Source of the DNA: Octopus sinensis
Taxonomy: Eukaryota
Assembly: GCF_006345805.1 (NCBI RefSeq)
Contig: NC_043005.1
Span: 48,546,001-48,610,000 of the forward strand
DNA: 64,000 nt
Reading direction: 5' to 3'
Part shown: in pieces, positions 1 to 13,534 of the stretch
How the letters are laid out: the number at the start of each line of letters is the position of its first letter
How positions within the stretch are numbered: position 1 is the first letter of the stretch
Program-made: the position numbers and the translations under genes
Notes under the pieces: generated by a model
The model's input: only the letters and a program-made list of their open reading frames with translations
The model's database searches: none
Told to the model about the DNA's origin: nothing

Positions 1-183
1 TGTGCGCGTGTGTGTATACGTATATATATATATACATATTTATAAATATACATACATACATATATATATATATATTATATATATATATATATATATAATG
101 TACCGAGTTTTGTAGAAATTTCACTACCAGTGGCTTAGCATGTATAAAAAAGTCAACAGACAAGATATTCTCAATATAAAATA

Positions 184-433
184 TTGTACATTTAAACACG
201 AGAGAAGCTGCCTTTAAGAGCCGGCTTTACACGCTAGAAGAAGCAGTCAAAACGACCAAAACCACATTTAAAATAAACTTTTACCTTGTTATTTTTACGT
301 AAAAATAACAAGGTAAAAGTTTTTTATTTTTCATTCCCTTCGAAATTGCTTTTAAATGTGGTTTTGGTCGTTTGGACTGCTTCCTCTAGCGTGTAAAGCT
401 GACTAGGCAGATTCTCTTGCGTTTAAAGGTACA
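184..433. repeat. Nested fold-back (inverted repeat) element, PLE-terminus-like
   Basis: Perfect central palindrome AAACTTTTACCTTGTTATTTTTACGTAAAAATAACAAGGTAAAAGTTT (about 275-322). Outer arms 224-273/350-398 and 184-206/412-433 are imperfect reverse complements. The right end abuts (TA)n. Confidence 0.85.
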
Positions 434-452
434 CTATTTTATATATAATACA

Positions 453-488
<36 letters not shown>

Positions 489-560
489 TATATATATGTA
501 TATATATATATATATATACATGTATGTATATATATATATACATATAATATATACATATTG

Positions 561-621
<61 letters not shown>

Positions 622-632
622 CATATATATAT

Positions 633-1040
633 TGTCCTGTTTTTGTTACCACTCACCCTCCGTAAAAAATACCCAAATTTTATTTAATTTGCTTTGCGGG
701 TGGATTGTTTCAACGAAGTCGCGTATTGTCCTTACCTTCGTAATGCGGGGAAGCTGAAACAGGGACAACTGATGAAGGGGAATATTCTTTATGTTGCATG
801 TCTCGGTTCTCTGTATATTCTTTTCGTTGTTCGAAAAAAAGTTAGTTTTCCATGTTTTTGTTCTTATGTTTTCTTTTCTCATTGTGTCTACGTTTTTTTT
901 TTTGATGTCCTGTACCCATATATGCATGTATATATACATATATGTAGGTATGTACATGTATGTATGTATATATGCATATATTTACATATTATTTATATTA
1001 TATGATCGAACGCCACACATCCTTTTCCAAGTAAGTTTTA
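633..1040 (+). mobile_element. Interspersed repeat, family A copy 1 (probable PLE pseudo-LTR)
   Basis: Diverged direct repeat of 1371-1735 and related to 33945-34240 (minus). Contains ACAACTGATGAAGG. The PLE assignment is inference. Confidence 0.6.
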
Positions 1041-1370
1041 TCTTAATAAACATGATGCGCACTCTTCTCCTATCTCTTCTCTGTCTATCTATCTCACTCT
1101 CTTGTTCTTCCTTTCTGTTTTTCTCTCACACCCTTTTCCTATTCTTCTCCTTTCCCCTTCACCGTTCCTACTCTCTCTCACTCTTCCTCCTTGATTCTCT
1201 CGTCGCTGACACGTGACGAAAGGTGATCTATCTTTCTTCCACTCCCCTTGTAAAGACAAGACGTGCTTTTACCTGTCTCTTCTCATAGCTCGTCTTTCTA
1301 GCGCTCATAATCTTTCACCTCGTTATGGCTTAACAGCCCTCACCGTTTGTTTTTACTGTCTTGTTCTCAC

Positions 1371-1735
1371 TGTCCTGTTTTTGTTACCACTTTCACCCTC
1401 CGCAACAAATCCCAAATTTTATTTGCTTTGCAGGAAGGACTGTTTCAATGAAGTCGTGTATTATCCTTACCTTCAATGCGCGGAGTACATGAAACAGAGA
1501 CAACTGATGAAAGGAATCTTCTTTTTGTTGCATGTCTCAGTTCTCTATTTGTTTCTTTCGTTGTTCAAAAAAATTTTCGTTTTCTATGTTTTTGTTCTTG
1601 TTTTCGTTTTTTATTGTGTCTACATGTTTCTGATGTCCTGTGCCCATATGTGCATGTATATATACATATATATGTAGGTATGTACATTTATGTATGCATA
1701 TATGCATACATAAATTTATTTATATTATTTATATA
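1371..1735 (+). mobile_element. Interspersed repeat, family A copy 2 (tandem direct copy)
   Basis: Aligns by eye with 633-1000 (TGTCCTGTTTTTGTTACCACT...GATGTCCTGTRCCCATAT). Confidence 0.6.
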
Positions 1736-1874
1736 TACATAACATATTATATATACACACATATATATACATAAATATATACATATATATATACATACAT
1801 ATATACATATACATATATATAATAACACACAAATATATATATATATATTATACATATATATATACATATATATA

Positions 1875-1938
<64 letters not shown>

Positions 1939-2308
1939 ATATATATATATATACGTATATATATGTGTATATATATATGTATACTCACCTGTCATGCCTC
2001 CAGACTTAGTGTTGTATATACATATATACACACAAACATAAGTAAGATAATCGTATTTTCATAGCCATATCAATTTAGATGTTCTTTTTATCAATAACAT
2101 AAGAAACGTATGCATTTCGTTTTACAGGATTTAAATTTGCACAATGACAGGCAGAATCTGTCTACTGTGTAAAACGAAGGACAAGTATACCGGTTTGTGT
2201 GTGCGCCCGCGTACATATGTTGTGTGTGTGTGATTATGTATATGTGTCTATATATGTGTGCGTACATATATATATATATATATATATATACACAAACATA
2301 TATACATC

Positions 2309-2357
<49 letters not shown>

Positions 2358-3554
2358 ATATGTACATGGGATGGGGTGCCCAATGAGGAGTTGTTACTGC
2401 ATTTTTGACTTTAAGAAAAAATATATGTTTTAACAAATGTTCAACCACATACAAAAACTCGTCGAGTTTAATTCCGATTTCCTCCTGGATAAGACCACAA
2501 AAATGTTATACTAATTATCTAGAAGTTGTGTATTTCTGCTCCCAATATTCTTTCCAGGTCTGAACTAATTGTCTTTTCTCTTTCTACCTAGCCAAATAAA
2601 CATTCATTTCTTACTTTCTCTTTCTTTCTTTTAATTTTCTTTCAAATATCTGAAAGTATTAAACACTGTATTAAACATAAATGGGAAGTCTCATATAGTC
2701 GAACAATCAATCCCGGCATACGCTTATTGATCTCAAAATGCCATGGAGAAACGATCCAGACATATCTGGTTTTTGTATTTATTCTTGATGTGAAATCATG
2801 TATTTAAAAGACGGGTTGCTGTATTTTGAGGAGGATCATTTTGCCAATATGAAACAAATGCACTGGTCTCGTATCACTTTTTATAATTAACTATTTAGGT
2901 TAATTCTCCGTCTTTACGTTCTGAGTTCAAATTCCGTGGTGCCTCTCCATGGCCATATCTTTGAACTGAAACTCATAAAAGAATAAAAGAATTAAGGTCG
3001 ACTAGACCTATCGTTTTTTTTAAGATCAATGAAATAAATAACATTTAGTACCGTTGTCAATGCAATTTTTAGCTGCAGAGTTTTGCGTTTTGAAATCAAC
3101 TTTTTCCTTTCATCCTTCCAAGATCGATAAGATAAAATATCAGTGAGACACTGGAGTCGACTTAATCGACTTAATCCTTCTTTAAAATTTTTTTGTCTTG
3201 AGCTTTTAGAAATTGTTACATTTTATGATCCACCAGATAGGAAATACGACGTAACGCCGAACCATAATATACCTTAGGAGTTGTTACTAACGCAGCCAAC
3301 ATTTTTGATTTCAAATCACTCTAGTGTCTGCCACCATTTAAGTAAGGGGTCAATTAAATTAACTCTACCTTTTTCAAGAATACGTTTTTTGTGACGTAGG
3401 TAAGACTCTTAGCAGAGTCATTAGTGCGTCGAAAAAATGTAATTTGCACTCAGAACTAATGCACTTGTAGTGATGATTCGAAACCGAACTTCTTGATACG
3501 CAGTTAGACATCACGAGCAAACCACCATATTTTCATGCGATCGGTCTGTCAGCC

Positions 3555-3666
3555 AACCAATCAGCGTGATACGATGGCAGGGACAAGTTTTCTCTAATAT
3601 TCTAGAATTTGATTTCCGGTCTCCTATAAAAAAAAAAACACTCGGCGTGCATTTTTTACCAGTCAA
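3555..3666 (+). promoter_or_regulatory. Candidate Pol II core promoter (CCAAT, ETS, TATA)
   Basis: CCAATCA at about 3557, TTCCGG at 3614 and TATAAAA at 3625 in non-repetitive DNA. Possible splice donor AAC|GTATGT at 3815. Confidence 0.3.
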
Positions 3667-4953
3667 GCAACCCAGGAAGGCGACTTAGATGGCGCAGATA
3701 AATAACAGGAAGCCACAAATATAACACAATCGTTACTAGTTATATTGGGCAAACCGCATATTGCCGTAGCAGTAGTTTGCTGTAGACTCCAAACAGTGTT
3801 TCTCTCCCAGTAACGTATGTAATTATTGTTGTTGTTATCTACAAACGGCCGACGCATTTTGTTTTTCTATGCGATAATAAAATCTTTTAAATGTTCGTGG
3901 GTGATGTTCAGCTGCTTCTACACGCAACCCAAGAAACATTTTCATTCATCTGCTCAGCCAGTCACCACCGCAAACCAGCCTAACAACCTACAGACCGAAA
4001 TGAACTCAAGTCAGCTGTTCCTCTACTTCAGCTGTTTCGTTTACCTTCTTTAATAAAGAGTAATTAGTACATTTCCAGAAGAGCATATACTTGTAGGGAC
4101 CTAATAATTTTCTTTTCTTTTCTTTTTTTTTTTTTGTATATTTCCCTATTTTCTTACCGTAGAGTCATGGAATAAGAGTATTCAAGAGGATTTGTTTTTC
4201 GGGGTCTCCAAGACTGATAGGAAAGAGGAAGTTGTCTTCAAGGACGAGACAGTCGAGTAAACTCAGTTAGAGACACCAGGGAGTAAACAGGTGCCGGATT
4301 AAATCTGTATCCAAAAGACACAGAACATGATCCACATGGTATCTCATTCGACACTCTAACACCCGATACCCAATGCCATCTCACCAGGAATTGGTATCTT
4401 ATTATATCGATCCAAAAAGACGAAATGCAAAGTTAGTCTTCGCTGTGTTTGAACTCAAAGCGCAGGGAGAAAACAAAATGATTTATTGTATCTTATGTTC
4501 TAATAATTCTGTCAATACATTTAAATGACCCCAAGTCATTACTGGTATTTATTTAAGCAAAGAAGCTGTTGTATGTTAGTCGAAGCTGCATGCTAAAACA
4601 GCTAAACCTCCCTCAAATCACATATAATTGTTTGAAAATAAAAAAAACAAAGATGATGTAATTCTAGAGATATAATACCCGGCAACAAAACAAACGGTGT
4701 GGTCGCGGTTGGAACATCTTTGATAATATGTTTGATTGTTCAGAGCTAATCTAGATTTGTGCAGTAACAATTACAACTGGTAGTTATTTAAGAGAAAGAT
4801 AAGATAAAAAATTAATAATAATAATTAACTCTAGCTTTAACATAACTCGATCTCAGGATACTGAAGCCCAAAACAAACAAAAAATCTCTAAAAAAGCTTT
4901 TAATGCATATAGAAAAGTGAAAGATAAAAAAGTTATTAAATATATTATAATAC

Positions 4954-4984
<31 letters not shown>

Positions 4985-4985
4985 G

Positions 4986-5054
<69 letters not shown>

Positions 5055-5289
5055 TTCTTTAATTCTTTTACGCGTTCATACTGGAGCACCGCGTTGGAGG
5101 GATTAGTTAAACAAAGACCCCAGAGACTTATTTCTTAGCCTAGTCTCTTTTTCCCGAACCGCAAGTTACGGTAATGTAAACACACCACACCGGTTGTCAA
5201 ACGGTAATGGGGAGACAAATACAGATGCAAACACATACACACGTGGCTATGTAGAAAGACAGATACATGCACACACACACACACACGCG

Positions 5290-5351
<62 letters not shown>

Positions 5352-5471
5352 ACAGTCTTCTTTCATTTTCCATATACCAAGTCCATATGCCCAAGGTGGT
5401 ATGCAGTGAGACTGAACCAGAACCATGTGGTTGGGAACCATGCTTCTTACCACACAGCCACGCCGGCGCCT
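5055..5471 (-). mobile_element. tRNA-derived SINE with internal (CA)n/(TA)n (octopus OR-like family)
   Basis: Minus-strand head GGCGCCGGCGTGGCTGTGTGGTAAGAAGCATGGTTCCCAACCACATGGTTCTGGTTCAGTC with A/B-box-like motifs. Shares blocks with 37831-38285. Confidence 0.8.
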
Positions 5472-5475
5472 ATAT

Positions 5476-5510
<35 letters not shown>

Positions 5511-5529
5511 ACACACACACATATATATA

Positions 5530-5565
<36 letters not shown>

Positions 5566-5591
5566 TGTATGTATGTATGTGTGTATATAAT

Positions 5592-5644
<53 letters not shown>

Positions 5645-5895
5645 GTATGTATATATATGTGTGTGTGTGTATATATATATGTATGTATGTATGTGTATAT
5701 ATATATATATGTATATATATATATGTGTGTGTATATATATGTATGTATATATATATGTGTGTGTATATATATATGTATGTATGTATGCATGTACGTACGT
5801 TTGTATATGTGTGTGTTTGTGTGTCTGTATGTGCGTGTGTATGAATATATCTACGTGTATACATAGATAAATAAATATACACAAATGTATGTGTG

Positions 5896-5927
<32 letters not shown>

Positions 5928-6039
5928 GAAAAAAAAAACAAGGTCGATCTAACCATTTCTGCCACATCGCTGCCGTAACACGATTGCTACTACACGAACG
6001 TGGAGGTGGGGGGGGGAGGAAGTATGTGTACATTTAAAG

Positions 6040-6240
6040 AAATAGGCGGGGTCTTCATTTGAAATATTTCTGAAAACGTTCGCGCACGCGCACACAAAGT
6101 CACACACATTCACGCAAGCACACATACGCGTAAAACCACACTGCGCACAGCCACACAAATACAAAGACACACTCCAGAGAAAAAGCGTCAGCGATGACGT
6201 CAGGATATAAAGTCTTTTAAAATCAGCCTCTTGTCACTTA
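6040..6240 (+). promoter_or_regulatory. Candidate CRE-TATA-Inr core promoter
   Basis: GC box AGGCGGGG at about 6043, NRF1-like CGCGCACGCGCA 6081-6092, half-CRE CGTCA 6186, full CRE TGACGTCA 6195-6202, TATAAA 6206-6211, and Inr-like TCACTT whose A (6236) is 30 bp from the TATA start. Confidence 0.5.
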
Positions 6241-6714
6241 ATTGTAAACGCCCACTATCGCTTCCAAATGTACACAACGTGTTAAAGCAAGCGGCTAAAC
6301 AATTCTGTTAGCATTAAATATACACTCATATTTGCACATGCACGTTAATATGCATTACTGTTGTGTGTGTGTGTACGTGTGTGTGTACGTGTGTGTATAT
6401 GTGTGTGTGTGTGGTCTCTGTGTTTTGTGTGTATGTGTGTGTGTGTATGTGTGTATGAATACGTACATAAATATACATGTATATATATGCTATCCATGCA
6501 ATGCATGTATCTGTGGTATAATAATGAATGCAAATAATGCATCAGATTTAAATATAATTTCATTTCGCTAAGAAAAAAGGCGAACACATAGTATGATGTA
6601 ACCTGCTTCTATTAAATGATTTTGAGTTTAACATTCCTAACAACGGTATATATATATGTGTGTGTATGTGTATGTATGTATACGCATGTATGTATGTATG
6701 TATCTATCTATCTA

Positions 6715-6745
<31 letters not shown>

Positions 6746-6957
6746 CAAACTTACATAAATACATACATCTACACATACATGGATATATTTTGATATTCAG
6801 CCAGATAGATAGATAGAAAGGACTGTATGTATCTAGCTCACTCTCTTTCAACGCTCCCTATATAAATATACATACATGTATACATGCATATATGCATACT
6901 TTCACACACATACGCACACATAAATGTATGCTTGCGTACACCCACCCACATGCATAC

Positions 6958-6988
<31 letters not shown>

Positions 6989-7240
6989 CATACATAGACA
7001 TACACATACATAGACATACACATACATAGACATACACATACATAGATACAAATACATATATACTTACACACACATATATACATACATACATATATTACCT
7101 ATACCATTCACCTCTTAGTTTATACAACTGTAAACACTATGACAGCTACAATATTTCTTGTGGTTGTGTTTGTAGTTGCTGTGGTTGTGTAGTGGCGGTG
7201 GTGTTGTGTTGGTGGTGGAGGTGGTGGTGGTGGTGGTAGT

Positions 7241-7272
<32 letters not shown>

Positions 7273-7492
7273 CTAGTAGTAGTAGCGATGGTGGTTGACC
7301 TTACAGACCTGCTGACCTTAAACATGTTCATCATTATGTTACCCTGCTCCACACGTCTCTTTCCTTCATCGAATTATCAAATTTATTCTCAAGTATTTTT
7401 GTTTTTTTTTTCATTTTTCATCACTTTCTACTTTGCTCTTTTCATTCATCGTATTACTTCTTTTTCTAAATTCCTTCTTCTCCACATTCTTC

Positions 7493-7548
<56 letters not shown>

Positions 7549-7683
7549 TTTCATCATCAATATTCTAATCTTTTTTTCTTCATCTTTTCTGCTTGCTCCT
7601 CTTCTCCTTTTCCTTCTTCCTCTCCTTTTTATCCTTATTATTGTTATTATTTCATATACGCACAACATATTAGACTGTTGGAA

Positions 7684-7734
<51 letters not shown>

Positions 7735-7735
<1 letters not shown>

Positions 7736-8040
7736 CAGGTGCCCTGGGCTCGACCAAAACTTTGTGAATGCATTTGGAGAGAGAAACTGAAGGAAACACG
7801 TTGTGTGTGTGCGTGTGAGTGTGTGTGTGTGTATCTGTCTGTCTGTTTGCCCACCACCACCCTTTCACAACTGGTTTTGGGGTGTTTACGTCCCCATAAA
7901 TTAGTGGTTCGTCAAAATATATCGACAGAATAAATGCCAGGCTTAGAAAGACGATGTAATGGAGTCGATTCATCCAACTACAACAACTTCAAGGCAGTGC
8001 CCCAACCTGGCTACAGATAATGACTGAAACAAGTAAAATA
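7735..8040 (+). mobile_element. OR-like SINE, 5'-truncated
   Basis: GGTGTTTACGTCCCCATAAATTAGTGGTTCG block and GACTGAAACAAGTAAAA tail match other copies in the window. Confidence 0.7.
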
Positions 8041-8186
8041 TAATGATAAGAAATTTGTTTGACTGTAACGTAACTTCTTGTCCTTTTGTATGCATTTTTG
8101 CATGCATAAATGCATGTATGTATATATGTATATATGAGTATATGTATGTATGTATATATGTATGCATGTACAAAGACACACACACA

Positions 8187-8218
<32 letters not shown>

Positions 8219-9555
8219 TACACACAAACTCCAATACATGCAACATGGACTATAAACTTATTAAGAAAATACGGAATTACAGTATTTTCACGAATTTCAA
8301 TGTCATGATTAGCGAAACGCGAAACCGGTTGACTATCATAATATTCTATCCCTTAAATATATTTAAAACATATAAATTGTGAGAATTTACCTTCTTTTAA
8401 TATATATTTTTTCACTACAACTCACCACGTGTGGAATATATCTTCAACGAAATTCTTTTTATCATATCTATCTATATATATATATGTATAATTTCTCCAT
8501 TATATATATATATATATATGTTGTATATATATATATTTATGTTTGTGTGTATATAATATATATATATATATAATATATATACATATATATTATATATATA
8601 CATATATATATATATATTATATGTATATACAAATATATATACATATAGTATATATATATATATGTATGTATATATGTGTATATATATATACTTGCGAAAA
8701 TAAAATGTTTCTTCTTTTTACAGAAATTCATTACGAAATAAAAAGATAATTAATAACCTGTCCACTCTTCTACCTTGAGAGTAATCCATTATTCTTTTAA
8801 TATACTTTAAATTCGCTTAAGAGAAGTTAGAAATATGTATTTGTTGGTCATTGCAAAGATTTTTCATAAGCTACATTCTTCAAAATAAAAAAATGATAAA
8901 AATAAAAAAGCATGTTTTTATCTCGATTCCACCCGATACACAAGTAACCTAAATGTCTCATAGGCACACTCTACTTCAGTTTCTTTCATTCAGAGATTTG
9001 AGAAATAGTTATGAGATTATTTTCAGCCATTTTAAAATTTTATTATTGAACAGTTTGTCATGAATAAAAGACCTGTAATTTCCCCAAATGAAGCAAGTGA
9101 CGCATCGACAGTGTTCTATCACTGTTTTAACCGAATACTACCCCTTTCTCTTACTCTTTCCCTCTCTGTCTCTCTCTTTCTCCCTCTCTATGTATATATG
9201 TATGTATGTATATATACCTGTATTTCTCATCACAGTCGTTAATAACATTAAACTACCACTTTCGAGAATAATTTGTTCTTCTTTAAAAAGAAGTATTAGA
9301 AAATGGAAAGAAATTAATGACCATCTATCATTAAATATCTCTTAACAAAATTAACGACAAAATATTCATTTTTCTATGTTAAATTTTAATGACTTACTTC
9401 CTTTATAACACTACTAATGGGATTATATATGGGTAATTGCATGTAACTCTCAGTAGATTTTGGATTGGTCAAAGTTTTTTGTTGGTCCAAGTTAATTTAG
9501 TATACCCAGAGAATCCCACAGCCATCCCGATTATCAAAATGATAAAATTCACTAA

Positions 9556-9754
9556 AATAATATTGCTTTCAAATTTTGGCACAAGGCAAGCGATTATTTG
9601 ACCCCAAAATTTTTGGCCGGTACATATTTTATCGAACATGAAAAGTTGAAAGTCAAAGTCGACCTGGAGAAATTTCAATTCAGAACCTGAAGATGGACGA
9701 AATACTGCTAAGCATTTTCCCCGCCGTATTAACGGTTCTGCTAGCTCGCCGCCT
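9556..9754 (-). mobile_element. tRNA-derived Meta/MESC-core SINE
   Basis: Head GGCGGCGAGCTAGCAGAACCGTTAA and core GTCGACTTTGACTTTCAACTTTTC on the minus strand. Confidence 0.75.
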
Positions 9755-10090
9755 TAAATTCACTAATAATATTGTACATGCAATGGTTGATTGCCAAAAC
9801 TTCCTGTTTGACTTTTGTTGAATATAATATTGTATTCAAAAATAAAGACAGACAGAAACAAATATATATTATCATCTATTCAAAGTTTATTTTATTTCAA
9901 AATGGTTTTAGCTCCAATTAATTAATTCTTTCTTAAAGATTTGCTTTCATTTAAATGAAACAAAGTATTACCTTTTCTAAACATAGAACAACGGGTCATA
10001 TACCAATATAGATTGAGAAGAATAGGTAAGAAAAATGTATACAAGTATATGCATATATTTATATATACACATAAGTATGTGTATATATAC

Positions 10091-10121
<31 letters not shown>

Positions 10122-11213
10122 TATATGTATGCATGTATGTATACATATATACGTATATACATTTTTATATATATGTATATAGACATATATGTATATATAT
10201 ATTCACATACATATATATATATAATATATATATCTATATATATATATATACCCACTTTCGACAAACAATTTTGTTTCTTAAAAAGAAAGGTTTATTAGAA
10301 ATGAAAGAAATTAATGATTAACGGCAAAATCTTATATCATTTCTCTCTGTTAAAAATGACTTACTTTAAAATTCTACTAATGTGTTCATATGTATATGTG
10401 TCTATATATACATATGTTTATATATATATGTGTCTATATATACATATATAGGTATATACATATGTATATAAATATATATATATGTACAAACATATATATG
10501 CATACATTTATATAAATGTATATATACATCTATATATATATATATATATATATATACATTCCCTAAGAATAAAAGTGTATACATACGTATATATATATAT
10601 ATATATACATGTGTGTACATATACGTAAGTACATATATATATATATATATATCTATATATATATAGATATATATCTATATATATATATATAAACAGATAT
10701 AAAATTACATATACGTATATACAATATGATTGACTTTAATAATATTTTAAAAGACTATCAACAGGTGTCTCAGAAATTAATTAATTCATATTCCATTAAA
10801 AATGACAAAAATGCAAACTGCGCGTGCACTAACGCACACGCACGCACACACACACACATACACACAGAAAAACACACACACACACATGTATTTATGTATA
10901 TATATATATAAGTATAAATTAGAGCAGATACCACCATGCTGAAAATAGCAGCCATGATCTGACTTTAAAACCACCCTAATTATACATACCCTAATTATAA
11001 TTTTAATAATTATTACCTTGAAGGTTATTTTTTCCATGCTGATCACTTGATAAAATCGTTATTTTATTTTTAAATTAACGATCTTATCCTTATTTATATA
11101 AATATATGAATATATATATATATATATTATATATATATATATATATATAATATATATATATATAATGTATGTATGTATGTATGTATGTATATATATATTT
11201 ATATACATATATC

Positions 11214-11245
<32 letters not shown>

Positions 11246-11617
11246 GTACCAAATATATACGTATGTATGTATATATATATATACATATATTTATGTATAT
11301 ATATATACATATATTATGTATATTTATATATATACATATATTTATGTATATTTATAATATACATATATTTATGTATATATATATATATATATATTTATGT
11401 ATATTATATACATACATTATTTATGTATATATATATGTATTATATATACTATATTTATGTATATATATCTATAATATTTCTGTATATATATATACATATT
11501 TATGTATGTATATACCTATATTTATATATGTATATATGTATATATATGTATGTATGCATATGTCTGAGCATATATGTGTGTGTGTGTTCATGTGTGTGTA
11601 TAGACCTTATATATAGA

Positions 11618-11707
11618 TGTAAAGACTTTCTCACCTCCCCAAACTAATACACCTGTTTGTTGTTTACACACCTGTCTTCGTCTTCTGCTTTTAGTAAATT
11701 CCAACTA
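11618..11707 (+). mobile_element. Fragment of HHR-bearing family B (HHR itself absent)
   Basis: TAAAGACTTTCTCAC...AAACTAATACACCTGTTTGTTGTTTACACACCTGTCTTCG matches the reverse complement of 28365-28455 and 51590-51680. Confidence 0.65.
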
Positions 11708-11847
11708 TATATGCATACATATATATTTATATATACATACATACATATACACATACATATATATACATATGTATACAAACAGAATATTGGTACATACCTA
11801 TATATATATACATATATATTCATATATGTATCAATGTATATATATAA

Positions 11848-11887
<40 letters not shown>

Positions 11888-12699
11888 CTATATAGTATAA
11901 GTATATATATATATATGTTAAGTATTTATATATATATATATGTTAAGTTTTATATATACATATATATATATATATATGTATAAGTATTTATATATACTTA
12001 TATATTTATGTCTAGTATATCTATATATAAATATATATATATCTATATATATCTATATTATATACATGTATATATATATATGTGATATCGTATTTATATA
12101 TATATATATTATATATATATATATATGCCCTTGCACATATATATACATACATACATGAGTAGGTACGTACATCCCTACCTAACTACCTAAATAGATATGT
12201 GTGTAGTGTCTGCGTGTTGCTTGCATGTATACATATATGTATCTGTGTACGTTTGTATACATGCACATATGCTTTAAACAATAGCAATATTGTTTTTAAA
12301 TATTATACTTTAATCCGATATTTATAAACAGACGTAGTCATATAACGCCGCCTGAATATTTTCAGTGACCCAATGCAAATATATAATAAAGTATTACATT
12401 AATTAATCATCTATGCTAATGCAGGCTAAATTCCAACAGGAAACATAACGCTGCAACAATTACATGCATCCGAAACTTAAAATTTTTATTGTTTTTATAT
12501 ATTTATTAGGAAGAACTTATCAGAAATAGTAATGCTGAAAACTATAATTTCGTTTAATTTTCTAACTGAGCATTATATAAATTGTAATTTTTTTGTGATA
12601 AATTTACTTACATGTAAGAGGGGTAATATATTTCGTTGATTTGGTCTTGAATGTCATATATAAATGCATTACATATAATTCTGTATGTATATCTTTATG

Positions 12700-12731
<32 letters not shown>

Positions 12732-12814
12732 GTGTGTGTGTATGGTGTAGATAGTAGATAGATAGATAGATAGATAGATAGATCGATAGATAGATAGATA
12801 GATAGATAGATAGA

Positions 12815-12852
<38 letters not shown>

Positions 12853-13088
12853 TTCTTTATTGACAGGCACAGGGGCTGACACAGAAGGGACAAAATACAA
12901 AGTAGAGCTTTTCTTTTGGAGAAGAAAGTAATAAAACGGTTCGAAATCCGATCAAAAGGTTTCGTGAAAAGAAAAAACGTGGGGCCGATCAGTTGGAAAC
13001 GTGTATCACAGAAATGTCAATGTAAAAAGGGAAAACAGATTAGGTTTGTCCGTGGATAGAAAAGTCAACGGAAAAGCCCACGGGAACC
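12853..13088 (-). mobile_element. Retroposon 3' end with (TCTA)n tail, probably a LINE 3' UTR
   Basis: The minus strand ends GTCCCTTCTGTGTCAGCCCCTGTGCCTGTCAATAAAGAAAT followed by (CTAT)n, resembling the SINE tail at 54780-54830. Confidence 0.55.
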
Positions 13089-13120
13089 TAGATAGATAGA
13101 TAGACAGACAGATACGAGTC

Positions 13121-13307
13121 TAGAACATTTGCCCACCCTCAGGACTATTGCCCCTAAGGACAACAGATGATGATTTAAAACTTCTTAATACATTAGAGAG
13201 GGGGTAACTAACCGAGAGGGTTATTGTCCTAGGGGATAGTTGCCTTCGAGGGGCATTGTCCTATGGGGGGAGGGAGTAATTGTCCTCAGCGGGTAATTGT
13301 CTTGGTA
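13121..13307. mobile_element. Degenerate MITE with about 15-20-bp subterminal repeats (GGGNAATTGTCC)
   Basis: Left copy GGACTATTGCCCC is inverted relative to right copies GGGTTATTGTCC, GGGGCATTGTCC and GGGTAATTGTCT. Confidence 0.5.
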
Positions 13308-13534
13308 CGATATATACATAGCTCCATACACACATGCACATACACGTGCGTGCGCACACACACACACACACACACGTGTGTGTATTGTGTGTATATGCGT
13401 GTGTGTGTACATGCGTGTGTGTGTGTATGAAACACGCTTAATATGTATGCATCATCGAATGGCCTGAAGCTGCTGTTTTCCGTCCGGAAAAAAGTACCAG
13501 ATTTCCTTTATAGATGTATTGTCTTTAAAAGGAC

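Noticed and set aside
7146-7352. ORF with poly-T/H/Q resembling a low-complexity protein segment
   Set aside because: Made of trinucleotide repeats with a non-ATG start, no recognisable domain and no clear splice context.
9685-9712. CTGAAGA...GAAA hammerhead-like string
   Set aside because: A mutated part of a Meta-SINE head with no stems.
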